Below, one piece after another: positions 45,660-55,144 of a stretch of 64,000 bases of DNA. Each line of letters opens with the position of its first letter. The first letter of the stretch is position 1. The DNA lies in NCBI GenBank assembly GCA_049323275.1, contig JBMOOM010000058.1, forward strand, positions 11,177 to 75,176, in the 5' to 3' direction. This DNA is from Pseudomonadota bacterium. GTDB lineage: Bacteria; Pseudomonadota; Alphaproteobacteria; Rhizobiales; Aestuariivirgaceae. The notes beneath the pieces were generated by a model, which worked only from the letters and a program-made list of their open reading frames with translations, did not search any database and was not told where the DNA came from. Position numbers and translations under genes: made by a program.

Positions 45660-45670
45660 CGCTTCTTCAT

Positions 45671-46186
45671 CTAAGCTTTGCCGCGCAGGCGGTCGGGCAG
45701 GCCGTCATGCGGACCCAGCGGCCGCGGCGGGTCGATCTTCCAGTGACGGTCGCCGATCTCCTCGTTGCGCTTGGGATGCATCGGATAGTGGATGCGGCTG
45801 CGCATGCGCGACGCCTCGCCGACCACCAGGATGCGGACATCCTGCTCGGTATTGTTGATGATCGTGTGGGCAAGGCCGGTGCCGGCCGGGAAGGAGACGC
45901 CGTCGCCGGGCTTCAGCCGCTTGAGGTGGCCGTCGGCCCACAAATCGGGCTCACCCTCGAGCACGAAGACGAACTCGTCCTCATCGGCCTCGGCATGCGG
46001 CCAGGAGACGCGCCGTCCGGGCTGCAGCCTTTCATGATGGATGCCGAGGCGCATGAGCCCATGCGTCTCGCTGAAGGAGGCGCCGATCGACAAGAGCTCG
46101 TCGGAGCCTCGGTAGTGATTGTCGTCCTTGCCTTCGATATCGAGCCAATGGGCGACGAAGGCGGAAAAATCGATGGGGCCGGTCAT
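45671..46186 (-). CDS. Cupin domain protein
   Basis: LGIHHERLQPGRRVSWPHAEADEDEFVFVLEG...FPAGTGLAHTIIN. Confidence 0.88.
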   Translation of the reverse strand: MTGPIDFSAFVAHWLDIEGKDDNHYRGSDELLSIGASFSETHGLMRLGIHHERLQPGRRVSWPHAEADEDEFVFVLEGEPDLWADGHLKRLKPGDGVSFPAGTGLAHTIINNTEQDVRILVVGEASRMRSRIHYPMHPKRNEEIGDRHWKIDPPRPLGPHDGLPDRLRGKA

Positions 46187-46230
46187 GAGGTGATCTCCCT
46201 GGAGAGTCGTCACCGCACTATACCGGCCCG

Positions 46231-46343
46231 TAGATCACGATCAATTCAGGTCGGCTCGACCTGAATTGATGAACGTGATCGAATCTTAAATGTGGCGCGT
46301 GATCGGGCGGAAAACCGGTGTCCACTTTTCCGGACCACGCGCT
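46231..46343 (+). repeat. Composite RIME-like palindromic repeat (A + B units)
   Basis: TAGATCACG-ATCAATTCAGGTCG-GCT-CGACCTGAATTGAT-GAACGTGATC followed by GGCGCGTGATC...GGAAAACCGG...CCACTTTTCC...CACGCGCT. Confidence 0.85.
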
Positions 46344-46371
46344 GCAACGAGCAACAGTCAGCAGCGTAAGG

Positions 46372-47391
46372 TCACGCGGCTTTTTCGAGCTTCTGCGACC
46401 ACTTGCCGGACGCGGCGAGCGCGTTCATCTCGGCGCGGTGGTTGAAGGCCTTCTGGGCGGCGGCGACATTCTCCGCCTTGCCCTGCCAGGTCTTGAGCGC
46501 AGCCGCCTGCAGAGCGCGGCCATAAGAGAAGGTGAGCTTCCAGGGCAGGTTGCCGATGGCGTTCATGTAATGGAGATGCGCGGTCGCATCCTCATCCGAC
46601 TGACCGCCGGACAGGAAGGCGATGCCCGGCACCGCCGACGGCACGCAGCGCTTCAGCACCGTCACCGTCTTCTCGGCCACTTCCTCGCGCGAGGCCTGCT
46701 TGGCGCAATCCTTTCCGGAGACGACCATGTTCGGCTTGAGGATGGTGCCTTCGAGCACGACCCCGGCATAATAGAGCTCGCGATAAAGCTCGTTCAGCGC
46801 CCATTCCGACACCTTCATGCAGGTGTCGATGTCGTGACTGCCTTCCATCAGCACTTCCGGCTCGACGATCGGCACCAGGCCGCCTTCCTGGCAGAGCGCC
46901 GCATAACGCGCCAGGGCGTGAGCATTGGCGTGGATCGAATTGTGGGTGGGCAGGCCCTGGCCGATATCGATCACCGCGCGCCATTTGGCGAACTGGGCGC
47001 CGAGGCCCACATACTCTTTGATGCGCTCGCGCAGGCCGTCGAGGCCTTCGGTCACGGTCTCCTTCGGCGACAGTGCCAAAGGCTTGGCGCCGGCATCGAG
47101 CTTGATGCCCGGAATGGCGCCCGTCGACTTGATGAGATCGACCAGCGGCGTGCCGTTCTTGCCCTTCTGGCGGATCGTCTCGTCGAACAGGATGACGCCC
47201 GAAATATACTTCGACATGCCTTCCTTGGCGGAGAACAGCATCTCGCGGTAGTCGCGGCGGGTTTCTTCCGTAGACGGAGTATTGATCGAATCGAGGCGCT
47301 TCTTGATCGATCCGGTGCTTTCATCCGCGGCCAGGATGCCCTTGCCGGGCGTCACCATCGCTTCGGCGACTTTTGCGAGTTTCTCGGTCAT
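46372..47391 (-). CDS. fba: Class I fructose-bisphosphate aldolase
   Basis: GKGILAADES, GVILFDET, FAKWRAV, PIVEPEV, LTFSYGRALQ. Confidence 0.95.
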   Translation of the reverse strand: MTEKLAKVAEAMVTPGKGILAADESTGSIKKRLDSINTPSTEETRRDYREMLFSAKEGMSKYISGVILFDETIRQKGKNGTPLVDLIKSTGAIPGIKLDAGAKPLALSPKETVTEGLDGLRERIKEYVGLGAQFAKWRAVIDIGQGLPTHNSIHANAHALARYAALCQEGGLVPIVEPEVLMEGSHDIDTCMKVSEWALNELYRELYYAGVVLEGTILKPNMVVSGKDCAKQASREEVAEKTVTVLKRCVPSAVPGIAFLSGGQSDEDATAHLHYMNAIGNLPWKLTFSYGRALQAAALKTWQGKAENVAAAQKAFNHRAEMNALAASGKWSQKLEKAA

Positions 47392-47393
47392 GC

Positions 47394-48593
47394 TTACGCT
47401 CCTCTCAAAGCTTTCACGCCTGGCAGCGGCTTGCCTTCCAGCCATTCGAGGAAGGCGCCCCCTGCCGTTGAAATATAGGTGAAGTCGTCGGCGGCTTTCG
47501 CCCGGTTGAGGGCGGCGACGGTATCGCCGCCGCCGGCAATCGAGACGAGCCTGCCTTTCCGGGTCAGCTCGGCCGCATCGCGTGCCGCTTCATTGGTGGC
47601 TTTGTCGAAAGGCTCGATCTCGAAAGCGCCGAGCGGTCCGTTCCAGACGAGCGTGCCGGCCTTGTCGAAGGCGGCCTTGATGGCGGCGACGCTCTTGGGG
47701 CCGGCATCGAGGATCATCTCGTCGCCGGCGACCGCGGCAATATCGACGACACGCGATGACGCGCCCGCCTTGAATTCCTTGGCGACGACGGCGTCGACGG
47801 GCAGCAGGATCTCGCAGGACTTCGCCTTGGCGGTGGCGAGAATGTCCCTGGCGGTCTGGGCGAGGTCGTGCTCGCACAGCGACTTGCCGACCGGATGGCC
47901 CTGGGCGGCGAGGAACGTATTGGCCATGCCGCCGCCGATCACGATCACATTGGCGACCCCCGAGAGATTGCCGAGCAGCTCGAGCTTGGTCGACACCTTG
48001 GCGCCGCCGACCACGGCGACGAGCGGCCGCTTCGGCTTTTCGAGCGCCGCTTCGAGCGCCTTGAGTTCCGCCTCCATGGCGCGCCCGGCATAGGCCGGAA
48101 TCAGATGGGCAACGCCTTCGGTCGAGGCGTGGGCACGGTGCGCCGCCGAGAAGGCATCGTTCACATAGGCGTCGCCGAGGCTGGCGAAGACTTTCGAGAG
48201 TGCCGCGTCGTTCTTCTCCTCGCCCGCGTGATAGCGGGTGTTCTCCATGAGAAGGCACTGGCCGGGCCTGGCGTCCCTGGCGGCGTCGACCGCCTTGCCG
48301 TCATGCCAGTCGGTGAAGACGAAAGTGACGGGATGGCCGAGCGCCTTTTGGAGCGCCGGCGCCACCGGCTGCAGCGACATTTCCGGCACGACCTTGCCCT
48401 TGGGGCGGTCGAAATGGGCGAGCAGGATCACCGCGGCACCCTTGTCGAGCAGCTCCCTGATGGTCGGCACGATGCGCTCGATGCGGGTCGCATCGCGCAC
48501 CTCGCCGTTCTCGATCGGCACGTTGAGATCGACGCGCACGACGACACGCTTGTCCTTGGCGTCGAGCTGATCGAGGGTCTTGAAGGCAGGCAT
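47394..48593 (-). CDS. pgk: Phosphoglycerate kinase
   Basis: [48 protein letters not shown]. Confidence 0.97.
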   Translation of the reverse strand: MPAFKTLDQLDAKDKRVVVRVDLNVPIENGEVRDATRIERIVPTIRELLDKGAAVILLAHFDRPKGKVVPEMSLQPVAPALQKALGHPVTFVFTDWHDGKAVDAARDARPGQCLLMENTRYHAGEEKNDAALSKVFASLGDAYVNDAFSAAHRAHASTEGVAHLIPAYAGRAMEAELKALEAALEKPKRPLVAVVGGAKVSTKLELLGNLSGVANVIVIGGGMANTFLAAQGHPVGKSLCEHDLAQTARDILATAKAKSCEILLPVDAVVAKEFKAGASSRVVDIAAVAGDEMILDAGPKSVAAIKAAFDKAGTLVWNGPLGAFEIEPFDKATNEAARDAAELTRKGRLVSIAGGGDTVAALNRAKAADDFTYISTAGGAFLEWLEGKPLPGVKALRGA

Positions 48594-48634
48594 AGACACA
48601 AGGCTCCCTGGTATTTAGCTCAGACGATTGCGGA

Positions 48635-50671
48635 TCAACGTGTCTTCTTCTTGACCGCCTGCAGCACATGTTTGGCGGTGATGCCAAAATGCGGATAGAG
48701 CTTCTCGATCGGGCCCGAGGCGCCGAAGCTCGACATGCCGATGAAGATGCCGTCGAGGCCGATGAAGCGGTCCCAGTTGTTGCGCACCGCCGCTTCGATG
48801 CCGACGCGGATCTTTTCCGTGCCGAGCACCTTGTCCTTGTAGGCCTTGCTCTGCTTCTCGAAGAGATCCATCGAGGGGACCGACACGACGCGGGCCGGAA
48901 TGCCGGCCTTGTCGAGCAGCGCCTTGGCGTCGAGGGCGATCTCGACCTCGGAGCCCGAGGCGAAGATGACGGCCTTCGACTTCTTGGCGCTCGGCGCGAT
49001 CTCGTAGGCGCCTTGGGCGCAGAGATTCTTCGCCGAATAGGTCAGGCGCGCGGGCCTGAGCTTCTGACGGGTCAGCGCCAGGACGCTCGGCGTCTTTTCC
49101 GCCTCGAGCGCCAGCTGCCAGCATTCCGCCGTCTCGACCGCATCGCAGGGACGGAAGACATGGAGATTGGGCATGGCGCGCAAGGCGGCCAGATGCTCGA
49201 CCGGCTGATGGGTCGGACCGTCTTCGCCGAGGCCGATCGAGTCATGCGTCATCACATAGATCACGCGCACGCCCATCAGCGCCGAGAGGCGGATCGAGGG
49301 CCGGCAATAGTCGGTGAAGACGAGGAAGGTGCCGCCATAGGGAATGACGCCGCCATGCAGCGCCATGCCGTTCATGGCCGCCGCCATGCCATGCTCGCGG
49401 ATGCCGTAATAGACATAACGCCCGCCATAGTCGGCGGCGTTGAGGGCTTTGAGGTCCTTGGACTTGGTGTTGTTGGAGCCGGTGAGGTCGGCCGAGCCGC
49501 CGATGGTCTCGGGCACCGCGACGTTGATGACGTCGAGCGCGTTCTGCGACGAGTTGCGGGTGGCGAGCGCCGGCGGCTCCTTGGCGAGCTTCTTCTTGTA
49601 GTCGGCGATGACGGCGTCGAAATTGGCGGGCAGGGCGCCCGAGATCGCGCGCTTGAATTCACCCTTGGCCGAGTTGGCGGCGAGGCGCTTTTCCCAGGCC
49701 TGGCGTTCGGCGCGGCCGCGCTTGCCGGCGTCGCGCCAGAAAGCGACGATGTCGGCCGGGATCTCGAAGGGCGGGTAGTCCCAGCCGAGCGTCTTGCGGG
49801 CGGCGGCCACCTCGTCGGCGCCGAGCGGCGAGCCATGGGTCGCGGCGGTGCCCTGCTTGTTGGGCGCGCCGAAGCCGATGATCGTCTTGCAGGCGATGAG
49901 CGAGGGCTTGTCGCTCGACTGGGCGGCCTCGAGGGCTGCGGCGATGGCCCGGACGTCATGGCCGTCGATGATCGTGGTGTTCCAGCCCGAGGCGGCGAAG
50001 CGGGCGAGCTGGTCGGTCGAATCCGCCATCGACACCTTGCCGTCGATCGAGATGCCGTTGTCGTCCCAGAGGACGATCAGGTGGTTGAGCTTGAGATGGC
50101 CGGCCAGCGTGATGGCTTCCTGCGAGATGCCTTCCATCAGGCAGCCGTCGCCCGCCAGCACATAGGTCTTGTGGTTGACGAGGTCGCCGCCGAAGCGGGC
50201 ATTGAGATGACGCTCGGCGATCGCCATGCCGACGGCATTGGCGATGCCCTGGCCGAGCGGTCCGGTGGTGGTTTCGATGCCCTCGGCATGGCCGTATTCG
50301 GGGTGGCCGGCGGTCTTCGAGCCGAGCTGGCGGAAGTTCTTGAGCTGGTCCAGCGTCATGTCCTTGTAACCGAGCAGGAACAGCAGCGAATAGAGCAGCA
50401 TCGAGCCATGGCCGGCGGACAGGACGAACCGGTCGCGGTCGGGCCAATGCGGGTCGGCGGCGTCGAATTTGACAAAGCGCGAGAACAGGACGGTGGCGAT
50501 GTCGGCCGCCCCCATGGGCAGGCCCGGATGGCCCGAATTGGCTTTCTGGACGGCGTCCATGCTCAAGGCGCGGATCGCGTTGGCATAGGTCCGGAGCTTC
50601 AGGCGTTCGTCATCCGAAATAGGGGTGGCGCTGAGGGAAATCGCGGCTTGGGCGGCCGTGTCGGATGTCAT
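48635..50671 (-). CDS. tkt: Transketolase
   Basis: [47 protein letters not shown]. Confidence 0.97.
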   Translation of the reverse strand: MTSDTAAQAAISLSATPISDDERLKLRTYANAIRALSMDAVQKANSGHPGLPMGAADIATVLFSRFVKFDAADPHWPDRDRFVLSAGHGSMLLYSLLFLLGYKDMTLDQLKNFRQLGSKTAGHPEYGHAEGIETTTGPLGQGIANAVGMAIAERHLNARFGGDLVNHKTYVLAGDGCLMEGISQEAITLAGHLKLNHLIVLWDDNGISIDGKVSMADSTDQLARFAASGWNTTIIDGHDVRAIAAALEAAQSSDKPSLIACKTIIGFGAPNKQGTAATHGSPLGADEVAAARKTLGWDYPPFEIPADIVAFWRDAGKRGRAERQAWEKRLAANSAKGEFKRAISGALPANFDAVIADYKKKLAKEPPALATRNSSQNALDVINVAVPETIGGSADLTGSNNTKSKDLKALNAADYGGRYVYYGIREHGMAAAMNGMALHGGVIPYGGTFLVFTDYCRPSIRLSALMGVRVIYVMTHDSIGLGEDGPTHQPVEHLAALRAMPNLHVFRPCDAVETAECWQLALEAEKTPSVLALTRQKLRPARLTYSAKNLCAQGAYEIAPSAKKSKAVIFASGSEVEIALDAKALLDKAGIPARVVSVPSMDLFEKQSKAYKDKVLGTEKIRVGIEAAVRNNWDRFIGLDGIFIGMSSFGASGPIEKLYPHFGITAKHVLQAVKKKTR

Positions 50672-50840
50672 TGGGGCTGCTCGCTCTCGGTGAATGCGGG
50701 GGGCCAGAGATAGCACCCAAGCCCCTTGAGTCAACCTCTGTGAACAAGATTGGAACCGGTTGCGCGGATGGGCCGCTGCGCTTAACTTAGCGGCCGTGCC
50801 GGAAGGGATTCGCAAGTGACCGGCCAGCAGTTGGGATGAA

Positions 50841-51125
50841 ATGGCGGATACGCGCAAGCTCGACGAGGTACTGAATCGGTTCGACGCGGCGCTCAGGCAG
50901 TTCGAGGCCGCTGTCGAGCGGCAGAATGAGCGCAAATCGAATGAAGAGTCGCTCGAGGCAGCGGCGGAAGCCCTGCGGCTCGACCGTTCGCGTCTGGTCC
51001 AGGAGCTCGACGGCGTGCGCGCCAAGGCCAATGACCTCGTCAACACAAATCAAAAGGCGGTCGGCAAGATCGATGCGGCGATGTCGCGTATTCGCGCCGT
51101 TCTCCACAGCAACAGTGGGGGGTAA
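50841..51125 (+). CDS. DUF4164 family coiled-coil protein
   Basis: [10 protein letters not shown] motif; usual position upstream of zapA in Rhizobiales. Confidence 0.78.
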   Translation: MADTRKLDEVLNRFDAALRQFEAAVERQNERKSNEESLEAAAEALRLDRSRLVQELDGVRAKANDLVNTNQKAVGKIDAAMSRIRAVLHSNSGG

Positions 51126-51131
51126 GTCCCG

Positions 51132-51485
51132 ATGGCCCAGGTGATCGTTCAGGTCAATGACCGGCCCTATACGATGCAGTGCCCGGATGGCGAGGAAGAC
51201 CATCTGCGCGAGCTCGCCAAGCTGCTCGACACGGAGGTGTCGCGCATCAAGAGCAATGTCGGCACCGTGGGCGACATCAGGCTTCTGGTGATGGCGGGAC
51301 TCATGGTGGCCGACCGTCTGTCGGAATCGGTCCGGCGCATCGAGGAGCTCGAGGACCAGTTGCGCGGCGCCCGCGAGGCGCGCAACGCGACCGTTCAGCA
51401 GGCCCGTGAAATGGAAGCGAAATTCACCGAAAGGCTGGAAATCGCGGCGCAGCGCCTGCAGGGCCTCGCCGGCAAGATGGGGTAG
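51132..51485 (+). CDS. zapA: Cell division protein ZapA
   Basis: VQVNDRPYTMQCPDGEEDHL...GDIRLLVMAGLMVAD. Confidence 0.9.
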   Translation: MAQVIVQVNDRPYTMQCPDGEEDHLRELAKLLDTEVSRIKSNVGTVGDIRLLVMAGLMVADRLSESVRRIEELEDQLRGAREARNATVQQAREMEAKFTERLEIAAQRLQGLAGKMG

Positions 51486-51489
51486 GGCG

Positions 51490-52062
51490 TCAGGCCCGCA
51501 GCCGCTTGCGATAGGTCGCCTTCTTCACCTTGTTGCCGCAGCCATTCATGGCGCACCAGCGCCTTTTGCCGGGGCGCGACATGTCGACGAACAGCACCGA
51601 GCAGTGATCGTCGGCGCATTTGCGCAGCCGCTTGGTGAGGTGGCCCGACAGAAGATCGATCGCATCGCGCGCCACCGTCGCGAGCACCGCCTCGAAGGGG
51701 GCATCGGCGTGCCAGCTTCCGGGCTCGCCCAGTGCCGCAAGCTGCGGAACGAGGGGAGCCTTGCGGGCCGTCTCGTTCAAAAGGGCGAGATCGGCCGGAT
51801 CGGCGGCGCTTCCCGCCAGAACCGCATCGACCAGGCGATAAAGCGTCTCGCGCAGCCGGCGGGCGTCGTCGAGCTCGGCTGCGGTGACTTCCACCGGATT
51901 TGAAAGCAATCCCGCCGCGACGCACCAGCGGCCGAAATCCTCCAGGCCGCGCCAGCGGTCGAAGCTCAAATGGTCGCGGTCGCCGACCGTGGCGATGAAA
52001 TCCAGGCACAGTCGGCCGGAGCGGAAGCGGAAATTCCAGTCGGACGGGTGGATCGTCTGCAT
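51490..52062 (-). CDS. ABATE/CGNR zinc-finger putative regulator
   Basis: GRLCLDFIAT; C-terminal RKCADDHCSVLFVDMSRPGKRRWCAMNGCGN. Confidence 0.9.
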   Translation of the reverse strand: MQTIHPSDWNFRFRSGRLCLDFIATVGDRDHLSFDRWRGLEDFGRWCVAAGLLSNPVEVTAAELDDARRLRETLYRLVDAVLAGSAADPADLALLNETARKAPLVPQLAALGEPGSWHADAPFEAVLATVARDAIDLLSGHLTKRLRKCADDHCSVLFVDMSRPGKRRWCAMNGCGNKVKKATYRKRLRA

Positions 52063-52071
52063 GGGTACTTG

Positions 52072-52119
52072 TTTAACCGGTTCCGATTGTCTAGTCTAGG
52101 GACCAATTTAACTGGTTCC
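52072..52119. promoter_or_regulatory. Tandem TTTAAC(C/T)GGTTCC sites between the CGNR and BKACE genes
   Basis: TTTAACCGGTTCC (52072-52084) and TTTAACTGGTTCC (52107-52119). Confidence 0.55.
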
Positions 52120-52132
52120 CAGGAGAATGCCC

Positions 52133-52843
52133 ATGCTGCAAGCCTGTCTTAATGGCGCGCGCAGCCGCCATGACCATCCGCAGATTCCGGTGACATCCGA
52201 GGAGCTGGCGCGCGATGCCGCCCGGGTGGTGGCGCAAGGGGTAGCCGAGCTCCATGTCCATCCGCGCGATGCGCAGGGTTTGGAAACGCTCGATCCGGAC
52301 GATACCGCCGCGGTCCTCACGGCCATCCGCCGGGCGGTGCCCGGCATTCCGGTCGGGCTTACGACGCGCGAGGGCATCCGCACCGATCCCGGCCGTGGCT
52401 TCGCGCAGATGAAAGCCTGGCGGCTTCTCCCCGATTATGTCTCGGTCAATCTGAGCGAAAGCGATGCGGCCGACGTCATCGATCTGATGCTGGCAAAAGG
52501 CATTGGTGTCGAAGCCGGGCTCGCCACCGCCGCCGATGCGCACAAATTCGTGACGCTTGCGACGGCGAGAGACTGCTTGCGCATCCTGGTCGAGATCGAT
52601 TTCGAGAAGGACGTTGCGAATGCGCTCGCCCTCGCCGACGAGATGATCGGCATCATCACGCAAAGCGGCATCGACCTGCCTGTCCTGCTGCATGGCTTCG
52701 ACCAGACGATGTGGCCGCTCTACCGCAAGTCGAAGGTGCTCGGCGTCGATGCGCGGCTCGGCTTCGAGGACGGCCTTCACCTTCCCGACGGGCGTATCGC
52801 CGCCGACAACCGGGCGATCATCACCGCCGCCGACTTGACTTGA
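52133..52843 (+). CDS. Beta-keto acid cleavage enzyme (BKACE, DUF849) family
   Basis: LQACLNGAR...IPVTSEELARDA...LHVHPRD...RLGFEDGLHLPDGRIAADN. Confidence 0.88.
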   Translation: MLQACLNGARSRHDHPQIPVTSEELARDAARVVAQGVAELHVHPRDAQGLETLDPDDTAAVLTAIRRAVPGIPVGLTTREGIRTDPGRGFAQMKAWRLLPDYVSVNLSESDAADVIDLMLAKGIGVEAGLATAADAHKFVTLATARDCLRILVEIDFEKDVANALALADEMIGIITQSGIDLPVLLHGFDQTMWPLYRKSKVLGVDARLGFEDGLHLPDGRIAADNRAIITAADLT

Positions 52844-52913
52844 CGGCCGAAAGTCGCGGTGGACTTTGTGCGAGCGGTTCTGGATTTCGGCACGACGAAC
52901 GCCTAAATAGGGA

Positions 52914-53075
52914 TCGGCGAGCTGCCCGGTGCGTGAGGAGATCTTTTCCCTGGGGCCTATACGATTCTCGCGGGAGCTGTCCCTAGGCTTGGCCGTGGCC
53001 TTGCCCACATGGCGCCCACCTACACTTGTAGGTACCCGGGATCGTCATTCTCCCACGGCCATGGCGGCCCGCCAC
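52914..53075 (+). ncRNA. ssrS: 6S RNA
   Basis: Directly upstream of ygfA. Motifs CCCTGGGGCC, GGGAGCTGTCCCT, CACATGGCGCCCACCTAC, GTAGG..CCGGGATC; 5' GGCGAGCTGCC pairs with 3' GGCGGCCCGCC. Ends approximate. Confidence 0.85.
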
Positions 53076-53106
53076 TCGAATTGCCTGATGTGAAGCGAGG
53101 GATGAC

Positions 53107-53706
53107 ATGCAAGTTGCGAAGCGCTCCGGCGACGTTCTCGATCTCAAGCGCCGGGCGCGGACGGCCGCCAATGCGGCGCGTGCCACTGCGCACAAGTCGT
53201 TGGGCGACCGCGCCGGGCTGATGCTGGCGCAGCATGAGCTGCCGATCGCCCGGCAAGGCGACATCACCTCGCTGTCCGGCTTCTATCCCTATCAGGCCGA
53301 AATCAACGTGCTGCCGCTCCTCGCGCGCCTGGTCAGCGAAGGATGGCTGACGGCCTTGCCGGTGGTCATGGCGAAAGGCGCGCCTTTGACCTTTCGCGCC
53401 TGGGCGCCCGGTGAACCGACCGGCCGCGGCATCTGGGACATCCATATTCCGCTCGAGACGGCGCCCGAGCTCCAGCCCGACGTGCTGTTGGTGCCGATGC
53501 TGGCCTTCGACCGGCGCGGCTATCGGCTGGGCTATGGCGGCGGCTTCTACGACCGCACGCTCGCCGAATTGCGCAAGCTCAAGCCGGTCACCGCCATCGG
53601 CGTCGCCTATGCCGAGCAGGAAATGACCGAAGTTCCGGTTTCCGATTACGACGAGCCGCTGGACTGGATCCTGACCGAGCGCGGCGTCATCGAGCCGAAG
53701 CGCTGA
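53107..53706 (+). CDS. ygfA: 5-formyltetrahydrofolate cyclo-ligase
   Basis: PDVLLVPMLAFDRRGYRLGYGGGFYDRTL; follows 6S RNA. Confidence 0.94.
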   Translation: MQVAKRSGDVLDLKRRARTAANAARATAHKSLGDRAGLMLAQHELPIARQGDITSLSGFYPYQAEINVLPLLARLVSEGWLTALPVVMAKGAPLTFRAWAPGEPTGRGIWDIHIPLETAPELQPDVLLVPMLAFDRRGYRLGYGGGFYDRTLAELRKLKPVTAIGVAYAEQEMTEVPVSDYDEPLDWILTERGVIEPKR

Positions 53707-53712
53707 ACCTCC

Positions 53713-54537
53713 ATGCGGCTTCTCTTTCTCGGCGACGTCGTCGGCCGCTCGGGCCGCGAGGCGGTGGCGCGCGTGCTGCCGCAACTGCGCGAGCGCCATG
53801 CGCCCGATCTCGTGGTGATCAATGGCGAGAACGCCGCGCATGGCTTCGGCATCACCGAGGACATCTATAACGGCCTCATCGATGCCGGCGCCGATGTGGT
53901 GACGCTCGGCAATCATTCCTTCGACCAGCGCGAGGCGCTCATCTTCATCGAGCGCGTGCCCAATATGCTCCGCCCACTGAATTATCCGCCGGGCGTGCCG
54001 GGCAAAGGCGTCGGCCTGTTCGTGACCAAGACCGGCAAGCGGGTGCTGGTGATGAACGTCATGGGCCGGGTGATGATCGAGCCGCAGCTCGACGATCCGT
54101 TCCGCGCCGTCGACCGCGAGTTCGAGCTCTGCGCGCTCGGACGCGACTGCGACGCGGTGATCATTGATTTCCATGCCGAGGCGACGTCGGAGAAGATGGC
54201 CTTCGGCCATTATGTCGACGGGCGCGCCAGCCTCGTCGTCGGCACTCATACGCATGTGCCGACCGCCGATCATCACATCCTCAGGAACGGCACCGCCTAT
54301 ATGAGCGATGCCGGCATGTGCGGGGACTATGATTCAGTGATCGGCATGGCGAAGGAAGAGCCGATCCAGCGCTTCACCCGCAAATTGCCGGTGGAGCGCA
54401 TGCGCCCGGCCGAAGGCGAGGCGACGGTCGCGGGTGTGGCCGTCGAGACCGATGATGCGACCGGTCTCGCCGTAAAGGTCGCGCCGATCAGGATCGGAGG
54501 ACGTCTCGCCGAAGCGCGGATCGATTTCTGGACTTAG
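53713..54537 (+). CDS. TIGR00282/YmdB family metallophosphoesterase
   Basis: LGDVVG, NGENAAHG, TLGNH, DFHAEATSEK, GTHTHVPT. Confidence 0.94.
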   Translation: MRLLFLGDVVGRSGREAVARVLPQLRERHAPDLVVINGENAAHGFGITEDIYNGLIDAGADVVTLGNHSFDQREALIFIERVPNMLRPLNYPPGVPGKGVGLFVTKTGKRVLVMNVMGRVMIEPQLDDPFRAVDREFELCALGRDCDAVIIDFHAEATSEKMAFGHYVDGRASLVVGTHTHVPTADHHILRNGTAYMSDAGMCGDYDSVIGMAKEEPIQRFTRKLPVERMRPAEGEATVAGVAVETDDATGLAVKVAPIRIGGRLAEARIDFWT

Positions 54538-54650
54538 CGCGTGATCAGGAAAGGCGGATGCCGGTTTTCCGTCCGATCAGGCGCTGAACATCAGGATTCA
54601 GATCACGTTGATCACTTTAGGTCGATCCGACCTAAAGTGATCGTGATCTA
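54535..54650 (-). repeat. Composite RIME-like palindromic repeat, inverted copy of 46231-46343
   Basis: Reverse complement reads TAGATCACGATCACTTTAGGTCGGATCGACCTAAAGTGATCAACGTGATC...AGCGCCTGATCGGACGGAAAACCGGCATCCGCCTTTCCTGATCACGCGCTA. Confidence 0.85.
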
Positions 54651-54998
54651 TCGCGCCATGGCCTTCGCCTTGGCGGCGTGAGCCGGCTGGCCGCTGCGGG
54701 CTTCCTGCGCGAGCTGGCTCATCACAGTGACGGCCTGAGCCCATTCCGTCTGAGCGCCCGCGGCATCGCCACGTCCGAGCGCGTCATTGCCGGCCGTTAG
54801 ATGGGTTTCGGCGCTCTGCGAGAGGTCGCTCAGCGTCGCGATGGCCGCGAAAGCCCGCCCTGAGGGCGCGGCGCTCGCCAGCGAACGCACTTTCTTCAGG
54901 GCCGCGGAACAGGCGGACCCCGCGAGGCCCTCCGCCGCGAATACGATCTGTCCAGCCGAACCAGGCTTCACCGTCATGATACGCTCCTCGTTACTCAC
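54648..54998 (-). CDS. Ala-rich hypothetical protein preceded by CtrA boxes
   Basis: 116-aa ORF (alternative start 54977) in an otherwise empty gap; GAGGA upstream of the GTG. Confidence 0.6.
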   Translation of the reverse strand: MSNEERIMTVKPGSAGQIVFAAEGLAGSACSAALKKVRSLASAAPSGRAFAAIATLSDLSQSAETHLTAGNDALGRGDAAGAQTEWAQAVTVMSQLAQEARSGQPAHAAKAKAMAR

Positions 54999-55024
54999 CT
55001 TTTCCTCAAACTGGGCGATCCGCC

Positions 55025-55071
55025 TTAAGGACGGGTTAAGCCGCGCGGGACGGAACTTAACGGTCGATTTA
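55025..55071. promoter_or_regulatory. Two CtrA boxes
   Basis: TTAAggacgggTTAA (55025-55039, perfect) and TTAAcggtcgaTTTA (55057-55071). Confidence 0.7.
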
Positions 55072-55144
55072 CCCTGTCGGAGCGCTTGTTAATCTTGGCG
55101 CGAGGGGGCTATAAGGCCCGGGATAAAGGATATTCCGAGGGTTC

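Noticed and set aside
39440-45670. Transposon or genomic-island boundaries around the hydrolase cluster
   Set aside because: No transposase, integrase, tRNA or flanking direct repeats seen
46231-46343. CRISPR array
   Set aside because: The copies are dispersed palindromes with no repeat-spacer periodicity and no cas genes
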